Source: an uncultured bacterium
GTDB lineage: Bacteria > Actinomycetota > Acidimicrobiia > Spongiisociales > UBA5794
DNA length: 64,000 bases
Assembly (NCBI GenBank): GCA_963801165.1
Contig: CAWDDT010000013.1
Span: 64,001-128,000, forward strand
Direction of reading: 5' to 3'
In this document: piece by piece, positions 9,356 through 18,260 of the stretch
Position numbering within the stretch: the stretch's first letter is position 1
Layout: every line of letters starts with the position of its first letter
Notes under the pieces: model-generated
What the model saw: only the letters and a program-made list of their open reading frames with translations
What the model was told of the DNA's origin: nothing
The model's database searches: none
Program-made: the position numbers and the translations under genes

Positions 9356-9486
9356 ACCAGTATCAATCAGGCACGTCCGGGATCGGGTCTGAAACCACTT
9401 GGAGTGACGGCTTCGAGGTTGAACGGCACTTTGTTTCCCCACCGAGACGCCGGTTCCGGCGTACCGCCCGTTGTACAGTTTCGGAC

Positions 9487-10152
9487 ATGAGCGTGAATTC
9501 CGTCTCGTTTGATGATCCGGATGACGGCGACCTCTTCGTATTCTCCGGAGACGACATGTTGATTGCGCATTATGACCTGATCGATCTCGACTGGCAGGAG
9601 GTGGCCGAGAGATCAATGCTCGACGCCAGGAGAGGTCTGGTGATCACTCAGGTCGTTGTTCTCGAGGACCTGCTCGACGAGTTCATCCTTTACCTGGCCG
9701 ACAGCGCTGACCAGGTTACGTTCATGGCCCGACTCGATCGGGAGATGACCGGTCAGCGGCTTAAGCGCTTCAGGCTAAGTCTGGAAAAGGCCGACCTACT
9801 AGACGACCGCGCGTTCGGTCTCGTCGAGGACCTTTCGAAGGTGGTGCGACGACGGAACGAGCTAGCTCACGGAACGATCCATATTCGCCCTGTTGGCAGA
9901 CACCGCGTCGTACCGCTTGGCGGCGACGTTGACTTGGAGTGGGTGATCACGTCTCGTCGGAGCGACGAGACGAAACGGATCACTATGCGGATGCTCCGCG
10001 AAGACCTTGAGAAGGCGATCGGCGTATTCACGGCCCTCCTCGGCTATGCAGAGTGGTTTGTCGAGCACGCACCTCAGCCCGTGCACTTCTCCGGTGGTCG
10101 CTATCTGAGTGTCCTCGGTGGTGACATCTCATCGGCGCGACCCGGGAGTTGA
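9487..10152 (+). CDS. Hypothetical protein with HEPN-type RxxxxH motif
   Basis: Helical-looking protein with KVVRR-RNELAH-G. Confidence 0.6.
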   Translation: MSVNSVSFDDPDDGDLFVFSGDDMLIAHYDLIDLDWQEVAERSMLDARRGLVITQVVVLEDLLDEFILYLADSADQVTFMARLDREMTGQRLKRFRLSLEKADLLDDRAFGLVEDLSKVVRRRNELAHGTIHIRPVGRHRVVPLGGDVDLEWVITSRRSDETKRITMRMLREDLEKAIGVFTALLGYAEWFVEHAPQPVHFSGGRYLSVLGGDISSARPGS

Positions 10153-10207
10153 GCAGAAACACAGCAGGTTTCGCCGAATCCAATCGCTGCAGAAAAGCGG
10201 TATCTGG

Positions 10208-10236
10208 CGCGCCCTTTCGCGCCCTCTCCGCGCCCT
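10208..10236 (+). repeat. CGCGCCCT x3, candidate integrase arm-type sites
   Basis: Copies at 10208, 10218 and 10229, about 75 bp from the tRNA 3' end. Confidence 0.55.
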
Positions 10237-10277
10237 CGGGGCGAATTCGTAGCCTCGCGGAATCGCAGCGCGAACCT

Positions 10278-10306
10278 TAGAAACCCCCGGAAAACGGGGG
10301 TTTCTA
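10278..10306 (-). terminator. Hairpin downstream of tRNA-Asn
   Basis: Perfect 12-bp stem TAGAAACCCCCG/CGGGGGTTTCTA with a 5-nt loop. Confidence 0.75.
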
Positions 10307-10308
10307 CG

Positions 10309-10385
10309 TGGCTCCGGGGGCGAGACTTGAACTCGCAACAAACGGATTAACAGTCCGCTGCTCTGCCGAATTGAGCTACCCCGGA
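10309..10385 (-). tRNA. tRNA-Asn (GTT)
   Basis: Cloverleaf TCCGGGG...CCCCGGA-G-CCA; anticodon loop CTGTTAA; T loop TTCAAGT. Confidence 0.97.
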
Positions 10386-10501
10386 ATGGGTTCTGCCTCT
10401 GGGCCGGGCGATGGTATCAGACGTGCTACAGGATACATAATGCCCGTCGGTCGGGTTCGTGGTGCTGTGCGATCGACCGCCGGGCGTGGCACAATGCCCT
10501 C

Positions 10502-10753
10502 ATGAAGCTTCGCACCGCTCTCTTTTTCGGGATCGGCTACCTGCTCGGCGCCAAGGCCGGAAGGGACCGTTACGAGCAACTCCGCCGCCTCTACCTGCGC
10601 ACCGCGTCGAACGATCACGTCCGCCGGATGATCGATCAGGGCCGAGATCTGATCGACACCGGAACGATCCAGGCACGCGAGGTCGTGGCTCAGCAACTGT
10701 CGCAAGCCGGCGACATCATCCGGCAACGTGCCGGCAGTACCGACCCCGGCTGA
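10502..10753 (+). CDS. Small membrane-anchored protein (YtxH-like)
   Basis: GIGYLLGAKAGRDRYEQL is a common actinobacterial small-protein motif. Confidence 0.8.
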   Translation: MKLRTALFFGIGYLLGAKAGRDRYEQLRRLYLRTASNDHVRRMIDQGRDLIDTGTIQAREVVAQQLSQAGDIIRQRAGSTDPG

Positions 10754-10761
10754 GGCTGCGG

Positions 10762-12249
10762 TCACCCGACGAGCCGGAGTGTCAGTTCGAAGACGTTCCC
10801 GTCAGGAGCGCGCCGGTAGGAGAGCTCCCCGTCCATCAACCGGGCGAGCTGTCGGGAGATAGACAGACCGAGTCCCATCGAGGCCGTGACCCCTTCGACG
10901 CTGTGGGCACGCTGGTACGGCTCGAAGATCCTGTCACGATCCTCCAGATCGATGGGAGCACCCCGGTCTTTGACTGCGACCACGGCCATCGTCTCCCCCG
11001 CCCTCACCTCGACGGTGATCGGTTCGACCCCGTAGCGAACGGCATTGGAGATCAGATTGCGCAGGATCTGCCGAACCCGCGCCGGGTCACCCCATGCCTT
11101 GGGTGAATCGCCTTCCAACTCCATACCAACGGTGTCGCCCCGGTTCCACATCTCGAGAATCTGCGCAGCCTGAGCCCGCAAATCGACAGCGACGTGAGCA
11201 ACCGATAACGCTCCGGATTCAGCCTTCGCCGCCACCAGTAGGTCCTCGACGATGTTGGTCAGGTCAACCGACTCGGTGACGATCGACTCGATCATCTCGG
11301 CACGCTCGCCGGCGGTGAATCCTGATTGACCTTCATGCAGCAGTTGTGAGAACCCGACCAACGAAGTCAGGGGAGTCCGCAGCTCGTGGGAAATCGACGT
11401 GATCAGCTGATCCTTCGAGCGGATCAGCTCCTCGAGCCTGGCCCGTGTCTCGATCCTGTCGGTGACATCGATCGCCTGGCCGATCATGTAGTGCGGGCCG
11501 CTGCCCGGATCACCGGTCGTGGCCATGAATAGGTCGACGACGCGCACTTCCCCGTTGCTCCGAACGTAGCGCAGCTCAACCTGAGCGGTGTCCTCGGTAC
11601 CCGCGACTAACGGCGCCAACTCAGACATCAGCACCGGTCGATCTTCCTCGCAGACGATGGACCCGAGCCACTTGCCTTCGAGATCGTCGTGTGAATAGCC
11701 GGTCTGTTCGAAGAACGCCTTGTTGCCCGTGGCGAACTCACCGTCGAACCGGATGAGCACCATGGCCACCGGGGACTTCTCGAAAGTCGCCCGAAAACGC
11801 CGCTCGCTTACCGCGAGGGCGCGTTCGGTATCGACCCGAGCCGAAACGTCGCGCAGGGCCGCGGCGAACAGCGGTTCGCCGTCCACCTCTAGCGCGGACA
11901 GACTGACCTCCGCCGGGAAAACCGAGCCGTCACTGCGGCGTGCCTTAACGGGAGCCCGCTCCCACGCCGGCGTGTCGTGGCCGTTACCCCGGGCCACGAA
12001 CGTGCTCATCTGGTGGGGATGGGTTGCATGATATTCGTCGGGTATGAGCAGGTTGAGGTCGTTACCGAGGACTTCGTTGACTCCGTAGCCGAAGACACGC
12101 TCGGCAGCCCGGTTGAACAGCACAATGCGTTGGTCGCGGTCGACCACGATTAGTGGATCGGCAACAGCGTCCGTGAGTGACTGGTACAGCTGATCCGATA
12201 CGCGCGCAACAAGCGACCCGCCCTCACCGGGGCGCGAATGAGCTATCAA
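10762..12249 (-). CDS. PAS-PAS sensor histidine kinase (orphan)
   Basis: Two PAS domains, SHELRTPL H-box, NLISNA, GLGLSI. Start set at TTG 12249 after GAGGAGG; the longer ORF only reads through a tandem repeat. Confidence 0.9.
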   Translation of the reverse strand: MIAHSRPGEGGSLVARVSDQLYQSLTDAVADPLIVVDRDQRIVLFNRAAERVFGYGVNEVLGNDLNLLIPDEYHATHPHQMSTFVARGNGHDTPAWERAPVKARRSDGSVFPAEVSLSALEVDGEPLFAAALRDVSARVDTERALAVSERRFRATFEKSPVAMVLIRFDGEFATGNKAFFEQTGYSHDDLEGKWLGSIVCEEDRPVLMSELAPLVAGTEDTAQVELRYVRSNGEVRVVDLFMATTGDPGSGPHYMIGQAIDVTDRIETRARLEELIRSKDQLITSISHELRTPLTSLVGFSQLLHEGQSGFTAGERAEMIESIVTESVDLTNIVEDLLVAAKAESGALSVAHVAVDLRAQAAQILEMWNRGDTVGMELEGDSPKAWGDPARVRQILRNLISNAVRYGVEPITVEVRAGETMAVVAVKDRGAPIDLEDRDRIFEPYQRAHSVEGVTASMGLGLSISRQLARLMDGELSYRRAPDGNVFELTLRLVG

Positions 12250-12365
12250 TCGCTGAACCTCCTCGCCACCATCCTGGCCCGGCGCTCCTCTGTCATCGAC
12301 TTTGTCAACAATAATCGACCGTCTGCATCGGCAAACCGGACAGATTCCTTGAATCTGAATCCACC

Positions 12366-12470
12366 GTTGCAGATTGTCGGGTTGCAGATTGCCAGGTTGC
12401 AGATTGCCAGGTTGCAGATTGCCGGGTTTCAGATTGCCGGGTTTCAGATTGCCGGATCGCATATTGCCCG
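12366..12470. repeat. 15-bp tandem repeat, 7 copies
   Basis: Unit GTTGCAGATTGCCAG with variants, intergenic. Confidence 0.92.
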
Positions 12471-12479
12471 TGCGTCGAT

Positions 12480-13385
12480 TCAGGCGCAGATTCTCTCCAG
12501 GGCGAGATTTCCGCACTCCGCCCAACGAGCATCGTCGATCCGACCGGCATCCACCATGATCACGGCAAAGAAGATTGCCCAGCCGATCGCCCGCTCCCAC
12601 GTGGCCTCGGACACCTCCCCGTACGCGGACCGGAACTGTGCGTGCCATGCGGTCGGGAAGAAGAGCCACGCTGCCGACAGGTCGGTAGCCGGATCGCCGG
12701 CGCCGAGGTCGCCCCAGTCGATCACCGCCCGGATCTCTCCTGCGGCAACGATGACATTGCGAGGATGCAGATCGCCGTGCAGCCAGCGACGATCGGCGAC
12801 GTCGATCGGCACGTCCTTCACCCGGTGCCAGACGTCCCGGACCCGATCGACCGGGACGCTCATCTCGCCGGGCCCAATCCGATCGAGACGCTGCTCGACC
12901 GAAAACGAGCGGTCGGCGAGCGGCCCGCCCCGCCAGGGATTCAACGGTGCGTCGTGCGGTGCCACCGAATGTAAGAATCTGAGAAAATCACCGAGCTTCG
13001 CCGCCTCGTGCGGATCGGGAGGCGCCAGCTCTGCGCTCTCTCCTTCGATCCACGGAACGATGCTCCACGGCCACGGGTAGCCGCGCCCCGGCACACCGGT
13101 ACGGATCGGCGCCGCAGTCGGAAGCGGTAGGCCGGGTGCCAGCTCGGGCAACCACCGTTGCTCCTTGACCAGCATGTCTGCGCCCAGCTGACGCCGCGGG
13201 AGACGGATCGCCATCTCGTCACCGAGCCGGTAGGTCGTGTTGTCCCACCCGCTGCCATAGAGACCGATCGGCTCATCGGCCATGTCGGGGTGCTGGTCCT
13301 GCAACAACGACCGGACGAGGTCGACGGTTATCTCGACTTCCGCAGGGGGTATACCAGGTGGCCGGATACGTCCGAGATCAGGCAC
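12480..13385 (-). CDS. Aminoglycoside phosphotransferase family protein
   Basis: [25 protein letters not shown] motifs. Confidence 0.9.
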   Translation of the reverse strand: MPDLGRIRPPGIPPAEVEITVDLVRSLLQDQHPDMADEPIGLYGSGWDNTTYRLGDEMAIRLPRRQLGADMLVKEQRWLPELAPGLPLPTAAPIRTGVPGRGYPWPWSIVPWIEGESAELAPPDPHEAAKLGDFLRFLHSVAPHDAPLNPWRGGPLADRSFSVEQRLDRIGPGEMSVPVDRVRDVWHRVKDVPIDVADRRWLHGDLHPRNVIVAAGEIRAVIDWGDLGAGDPATDLSAAWLFFPTAWHAQFRSAYGEVSEATWERAIGWAIFFAVIMVDAGRIDDARWAECGNLALERICA

Positions 13386-14520
13386 CCTCGAGATAGCCTT
13401 CGAGCCGCTTCGCCCGGGCGGGCTGGCGTAGCTTGGCCAGCGCCTTGGTCTCGATCTGGCGGATCCGCTCCCGGGTCACATGGAAGTGGCTACCCACCTC
13501 TTCCAGGGTCTTGACCTTGCCGTCGGCGAGGCCGAAGCGCATGACCAGCACTTGTCGCTCCCGCTCGTTGAGGCCTTCGAGCACGAGCGACAGGTACTCC
13601 TGGAGGAGCTTGAACGAAGCAACCTCTACCGGGACCTCCGCATCGGTGTCCTCAACGAAGTCGCCAAGGGTGGAGTCGTCCTCCTCCCCGAGCGGGGTCT
13701 CGAGCGAGACCGGATCCTGGGCGATCCTGCGCAGCTCGGTGACCTGTTGCGGCTCCAGCTCGAGCTCCTGGGCGATCTCGGTGATGGTGGGTTCCCGACC
13801 CAGCTCCTGCATCAGCGTTCGCTGGGCGCGGGCGAGCTTGTTGATGGTCTCGACCATGTGCACCGGCACCCGGATGGTACGTGCCTGGTCGGCGAGAGCC
13901 CTGGTCACCGCCTGCCGGATCCACCAGGTGGCGTATGTGGAGAACTTGAATCCCTTGCGGTAGTCGAACTTCTCAACGGCACGGATGAGCCCCAGGTTGC
14001 CTTCCTGGATGAGATCGAGAAGCGACAGGCCCCGCCCGACATACTTCTTGGCGATCGACACGACGAGCCGTAGGTTGGCCTCGACGAGTCGTTTCCGGGC
14101 GCGATCGGCGTTGCGGGCGGCGCGTTGCAGTATCACCCGCTCCGCCACGGGCAGCTCGACGGCGGTCTCTCCCTGCAGTTTCTCCGAGGCCCGCCCACCC
14201 GATTCCATCTGCATGGCGAGCTCGACTTCTTGCTGTGGAGTCAACAACGGGTAGCGCCCGATCTCCTGGAGGTACATGCGAACCGGGTCGGAGACGTGCA
14301 CCAGCTCGTCACTGCTGAGCGCGGTGGCCTCCAGCGCGTTTTGGGAGTCCTCTCGGACGGTTACCTTCTCGGTCTGCAGCGCCTCGACGACCTCGTCAAA
14401 GGCCTCAGGCGGTGCCTCGACATCTTCGAGCTCCTGCAGAATCTCGGTCACAACTAGAAAGCCGCGCTGCTTCCCACGCTTGGTCAGCATCTCGAGAACG
14501 CCTGTGGCTGCTTCGTTCAA
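13378..14520 (-). CDS. rpoD: Primary sigma-70 factor
   Basis: [46 protein letters not shown]; follows dnaG. Confidence 0.95.
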   Translation of the reverse strand: MNEAATGVLEMLTKRGKQRGFLVVTEILQELEDVEAPPEAFDEVVEALQTEKVTVREDSQNALEATALSSDELVHVSDPVRMYLQEIGRYPLLTPQQEVELAMQMESGGRASEKLQGETAVELPVAERVILQRAARNADRARKRLVEANLRLVVSIAKKYVGRGLSLLDLIQEGNLGLIRAVEKFDYRKGFKFSTYATWWIRQAVTRALADQARTIRVPVHMVETINKLARAQRTLMQELGREPTITEIAQELELEPQQVTELRRIAQDPVSLETPLGEEDDSTLGDFVEDTDAEVPVEVASFKLLQEYLSLVLEGLNERERQVLVMRFGLADGKVKTLEEVGSHFHVTRERIRQIETKALAKLRQPARAKRLEGYLEGA

Positions 14521-16286
14521 TCGCGGCTCCGTAGTTGCTTCTTCTGCTGCTGCAAAGCTACCAACTCTGCAAACCTGTCGGAATACTCCTGTGCGTCCGG
14601 TCCCAGGTTGGCCAGGAGCCTCTCCAATTCGGTGATCCGGCGGGTCAGCCGATCGACTTCCAGTCGGTTGATCACGTCCGCTGCCTCGTACATGTCCCTA
14701 TCGACGAGAGCCAGCTCGGCCAGAAGGGTAGCTTCCTCAGAGTCGTTCGCTCCCAACGCGCCGCCGAGGTCGGGCACCGCCCCGGGTTCCAGCGACTCGA
14801 TCGTGGGTCGAACCAGAAGGTAGGCCGAAAGGTGCCGCGGATCCGAGAAGAGGTGCTCCAGATCGCCAAACGAGCGAACCTGCCGGTCGTTGGCGAGCAC
14901 GAGCCGCAGTAACTCTTGCTCGGCTCTCTCGGTCCCGCTCAGACGTCGTCTCCGCGCAGGCGGTGGGGGCGACGCCGGCGCCGCCCGGTCCTGCTGACGG
15001 TTCCGACTCGCGGTGGCGATCGCGTCCTCGACAAGCCGCTTCTCGACTCCGGTGCGCTTCGAGATCAGGTTGGCGTACTCCTGGCGAACGAGCGAATCGG
15101 TGTAACGCGCCACCATGGCCGCAGTGGCTCGCACCGCCCGGCCCCGCGCCTCTACCTCGTTCAGATCGTGCCGGATCAGCTCGCGATCGACTGAGAACTG
15201 GAGCAGCGGCTGGGAGCTTTGCATCGCCTCGACCAGCCGGTCCGTGGCCCCCTCGGCAACCAGATCGGCCGGGTCCCTTCCCTCCGGCAACACAACAACC
15301 CTCATGTCGAGGTCGGCCGGTATCGCCAGATCAAATCCGCGCAACGCCGCTCCCGCTCCCGCCTCATCAGCGTCAAACGCCAACAGCACCCGCTCGCTGA
15401 ACCGCCGCAACAAATCGAGATGGTCCTCACCAAGCGCCGTTCCGCAGGTCGCCACGGCCACCGGGTGACCCGCCAGATGAAGCGCGATGACATCGGTATA
15501 TCCCTCAACAACGACGGACTCGTTGCGTCGCACCACCTCGCTCTTCGCCCAATTGAGACCGTAGAGGAGCCGGGATTTCCTGTAGATCGTCGTCTCGGAC
15601 GTGTTCAGGTACTTGGGCCCGTCACCGTCGAGCCGGCGTGCCCCGAAACCCACCGGATCACCACGCAGGTCGAAGATGGGGAACATGATGCGACCGCGAA
15701 ACCGGTCGATCATGCGGCCACGGGAGCTCTTCGACGCAAGACCCGCATCATCGAGGGTCTTGTAGTCGAAGCCCCTGGACTTGAGGTATCGGGTGAGCTC
15801 GTCCCATCCTGTGGGCGAGTAACCAATCTCGAACCGGTCGACCACTTCGCCGCCGTAGCCGCGCCCGCGCATATAGCTGCGAGCCTGCCCGGCGTCGGGC
15901 CCCTTCTTGAGACGCTCCCGATAGAAGTCCACGGCCTCCCGGGTCGCCCGCACCAGCTCTTCACGCTGGCTTCGTTTTCTCGCCTCACCCGGCGCCTCTG
16001 TGAGGGTGATGCCGGCACGCCGCGCCAGCAGTTCGATGGCCTCGCGGAAGTCGAGGTTCTGGGTTTCCTGGACCCAGGCGAAAATGTCTCCACCCTTGCC
16101 GCAGCCGAAACAGTGGTACAGCCCACGGGCCGGGTCAATCGAAAGCGACGGCGTCTTCTCCTGGTGGAATGGGCACACCGCCATGACGGTCCTCCCCGAC
16201 CGCTTCACCTTGGTCACCTCGGCAGCAAGCTCGACCAGATCGGTCTTGTCGCGGATGCGCTCGATGTCCTCACGGGGGTATGCCAC
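14517..16286 (-). CDS. dnaG: DNA primase
   Basis: [10 protein letters not shown] zinc finger, PKYLNT, VVEGYTD, FDADEAG; start GTG 16286. Confidence 0.97.
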   Translation of the reverse strand: MAYPREDIERIRDKTDLVELAAEVTKVKRSGRTVMAVCPFHQEKTPSLSIDPARGLYHCFGCGKGGDIFAWVQETQNLDFREAIELLARRAGITLTEAPGEARKRSQREELVRATREAVDFYRERLKKGPDAGQARSYMRGRGYGGEVVDRFEIGYSPTGWDELTRYLKSRGFDYKTLDDAGLASKSSRGRMIDRFRGRIMFPIFDLRGDPVGFGARRLDGDGPKYLNTSETTIYRKSRLLYGLNWAKSEVVRRNESVVVEGYTDVIALHLAGHPVAVATCGTALGEDHLDLLRRFSERVLLAFDADEAGAGAALRGFDLAIPADLDMRVVVLPEGRDPADLVAEGATDRLVEAMQSSQPLLQFSVDRELIRHDLNEVEARGRAVRATAAMVARYTDSLVRQEYANLISKRTGVEKRLVEDAIATASRNRQQDRAAPASPPPPARRRRLSGTERAEQELLRLVLANDRQVRSFGDLEHLFSDPRHLSAYLLVRPTIESLEPGAVPDLGGALGANDSEEATLLAELALVDRDMYEAADVINRLEVDRLTRRITELERLLANLGPDAQEYSDRFAELVALQQQKKQLRSRD

Positions 16287-16338
16287 GGGCGGAGTGTACC
16301 GGGGTGGGGTGACCAGCCGTCCTTGGCCGCTGCCAGCC

Positions 16339-16394
16339 ACCTCACACGGAAATGAACGACCTCACACAGAAATGAACGACCTCACAGAAATGAA
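16339..16394. repeat. 20-bp tandem repeat, about 3 copies
   Basis: ACCTCACACRGAAATGAACG twice plus a shortened third copy. Confidence 0.85.
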
Positions 16395-16440
16395 AAAGAA
16401 GGGAAGCCCGGAGGGAGGGGAGGGAGATGGGCTTCCCTTC
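16393..16440 (-). terminator. Intrinsic terminator with C-rich loop
   Basis: 12-bp perfect stem GAAGGGAAGCCC/GGGCTTCCCTTC followed by TTTTT on the minus strand; loop ATCTCCCTCCCCTCCCTCC. Confidence 0.8.
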
Positions 16441-16469
16441 TATTTCAATGGGGGCAAGCCCCCGAATCT

Positions 16470-16545
16470 GTGCTTTTTGTTCAGTGCTTTTTGTTCAGTG
16501 CTTGTTGTTATCTGCGCTTGTTGTTATCTGCGCTTGTTGTTACCT
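16470..16545 (-). repeat. Five AACAA(C/A)AAGC repeats (16- and 14-nt units)
   Basis: Three 16-nt and two 14-nt units in tandem. Confidence 0.9.
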
Positions 16546-16620
16546 GCGTCGTCCGATCGCTGCAGCCGCCTTGCGACGTGCAGTATCCATCAGGAACGCG
16601 ATATCTGGGTGAATTGTCAT
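16540..16620 (-). CDS. Putative 26-aa small protein MTIHPDIAFLMDTARRKAAAAIGRRR
   Basis: ATG with GAGG 5 nt upstream, just after a consensus-like promoter; below the ORF-track size cutoff. Confidence 0.5.
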   Translation of the reverse strand: MTIHPDIAFLMDTARRKAAAAIGRRR

Positions 16621-16644
16621 TCTGGCCTCGAATTCGATAGTCGC

Positions 16645-16685
16645 ATCATGCATGATATCGACTCAATTGTCAAACAATATGTTTG
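16645..16685 (-). promoter_or_regulatory. Sigma70 promoter with overlapping palindromic operator
   Basis: TTGACA (16673-16668)-17 nt-CATGAT (16650-16645); palindrome CAAACA-ATA-TGTTTG at 16671-16685. Confidence 0.7.
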
Positions 16686-16718
16686 TATTATCGGCCATTG
16701 CTGATAATCTTTTAGCCA

Positions 16719-17168
16719 ATGGACCATATTGACTATCAAATCGTTGAGTTGCTGTCTGAAGATGGAAGACTGGCCTACGCCAAGATCGCCGAGCGCATCG
16801 GAAAGTCGACCGCGACCGTCCATCAGCGAGTTCGCCGCCTCCGTGAACGCGGCTACATCAACTCCTTCCGTGCCGATCTGAACTGGGAAGCCCTCGGCTA
16901 CCCGCTCGATTCCTACATCAGCATCCGCGATACCGAATCGCGGGGTCTCGGCCACCTGTGCGACAAGCTCCGTTCGATCCCCTTCATCGTCTCGGCAGCC
17001 GCCGTTACCGGCGAGTTCGACCTGCTCCTGCACATTCGAGCCCGCTCCTCGAGCCAGCTCGGCGAGATCCTCGACGAGATCCGGCGCATCGCCCCCGGCC
17101 CGACCCGCACTGTCGTCACGCTCACTTCCTACATTTCGGGGCAGACTCCCCCGCTCCCGGCGGACTGA
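16719..17168 (+). CDS. Lrp/AsnC family regulator
   Basis: IDYQIVELLSEDGRLAYAKIAERIG..ATVHQRVRRL HTH; VTGEFDLLL. Confidence 0.93.
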   Translation: MDHIDYQIVELLSEDGRLAYAKIAERIGKSTATVHQRVRRLRERGYINSFRADLNWEALGYPLDSYISIRDTESRGLGHLCDKLRSIPFIVSAAAVTGEFDLLLHIRARSSSQLGEILDEIRRIAPGPTRTVVTLTSYISGQTPPLPAD

Positions 17169-17186
17169 CGCGTATACTCCGGCCGC

Positions 17187-18260
17187 ATGATCTGGCTGGT
17201 CGTCGTGTTTGTCTTTGCTCTTGCCGTCGCCGCCGCAACCGTGGTCAGCAAAGGCGACCCGTTCCAGACAGCAGCCAAGGAGTTGGGGCTCAAGCTGAGC
17301 CGCAGCGTCCCGGAGCTGACTCCTCGACTCGACGGCATGATCGACGGACTCGCTACGAAGATCGACATCGTCGGCGGCCATCAGGCTACGGTCCGATACC
17401 GCGTCTTCTACCCGGCGCTTGGCATCGCGTTGCGGCTTGATCGGGAGACGACGATAACCCGCACTCTGGGCCAGTTGGGCAGAGGCGACCAGCAGATCGG
17501 GGATGCAACCTTCGACGCCAAGTTCCGGGTGAATACCTCACGACCCGATGCGCTCAAGACGATGCTCACACCTGAGCTCCGTCGCAGCCTGGTCGATCTC
17601 ATCGATCGCTACCCCGGCGTTGTCGTCACCGACGGTGAGATCTCCCTGTTCAATGTCAACGTGGAACCACCCGCCACCGAACTGGTTACTACGACCCGTG
17701 ACCTCGTCGCCGTCGCCCGGTTGCTTGTCGCCAACCGCCCCGCACCGGCAACCGCGACGGATCCGCTCCAGACACGGCCGGCAGCTGCGACGCCGCGTGC
17801 CCCCGAAGCCGGGAGAGACGAGACTCCCGGAGAGACGGTGAACCAGGCAAGGCCGGCACCGGTACCTGTGGCGCCTCAACTGGAGGAGTCCGCACCAACG
17901 ACCGGGAGCGGTCTTCCCCAAGGATTCTTCGAGGAAGCATTCGGGACGAACCGGCTCAGCTTCGAGGACCAGGGCACGTTCGACAACGAGATCAAAGGCA
18001 GAATCGTTACCTTGTCGGGGGTGGTGAGACAGGCGAGCGAGGCTGCACCGGACTACGACGGGTCGGGCCAAAGCAAGGTCGTCGTCACCGTCGCCCGGAT
18101 CAATAACAGCCTGTACGGCGCTACGGACATCGATGCCGTGGTCTACCTGAAGACCCATGTCGATGTCGAGCGCGGCGCCAACATCACTTTCACGGGCACC
18201 GCAGACCGCATCGACGCCTTCATGCGCAGCGTTTACATCACCGATGCCCGGCTCGCTTGA
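17187..18260 (+). CDS. Hypothetical membrane-anchored protein
   Basis: N-terminal TM segment, Pro/Ala linker, C-terminal domain with possible OB-fold pattern. Confidence 0.7.
   Translation: MIWLVVVFVFALAVAAATVVSKGDPFQTAAKELGLKLSRSVPELTPRLDGMIDGLATKIDIVGGHQATVRYRVFYPALGIALRLDRETTITRTLGQLGRGDQQIGDATFDAKFRVNTSRPDALKTMLTPELRRSLVDLIDRYPGVVVTDGEISLFNVNVEPPATELVTTTRDLVAVARLLVANRPAPATATDPLQTRPAAATPRAPEAGRDETPGETVNQARPAPVPVAPQLEESAPTTGSGLPQGFFEEAFGTNRLSFEDQGTFDNEIKGRIVTLSGVVRQASEAAPDYDGSGQSKVVVTVARINNSLYGATDIDAVVYLKTHVDVERGANITFTGTADRIDAFMRSVYITDARLA

Larger units (their letters stand above)
7924..9370 (-). mobile_element. Complete IS110-family element (about 1.45 kb), CT core at both ends
   Basis: Minus strand left junction GACGTGC-CT-GATTGATACT (core 9369-9370) and right junction TTGACACAAAGAGG-CT-TCGTT (core 7924-7925); no terminal inverted repeats; ends supported by matches to internal guide sequences. 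Confidence 0.88.
1..10308. mobile_element. Genomic island / integrative mobilizable element region at the 3' end of tRNA-Asn; left end outside the window
   Basis: Relaxase, Xis, tyrosine integrase, IS110 and orphan cargo lie directly 3' of tRNA-Asn. No duplicate of the tRNA 3' end was seen in the window, so the distal att is presumably further left. May be several nested elements. Confidence 0.75.
16390..16638 (-). ncRNA. Candidate small (dual-function) RNA
   Basis: Own promoter, A-rich repeats, G(CUUG)C tetraloop hairpin at 16450-16463 and an intrinsic terminator; ends inferred. Confidence 0.6.

Noticed and set aside
12366-12470. CRISPR array
   Set aside because: Contiguous repeats with no spacers and no cas genes; the same applies to 16339-16545 and 58017-58064.
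12250-12669. N-terminal NLQPG repeats on the histidine kinase
   Set aside because: The frame stays open only because of a 15-bp repeat; it overlaps the APH gene and a good RBS lies just upstream of 12249.
12480-13385. Bona fide aminoglycoside resistance gene
   Set aside because: Only family-level kinase motifs; substrate cannot be inferred.
15219-16355. Long antisense ORFs over dnaG (likewise over era, lepA, holA, leuS, proA, proB)
   Set aside because: Typical high-GC shadow frames without motifs.
16398-16463. Canonical 6C RNA
   Set aside because: Only one C-rich loop; 6C has two adjacent C-rich hairpins. An Rfam scan is needed to exclude it firmly.
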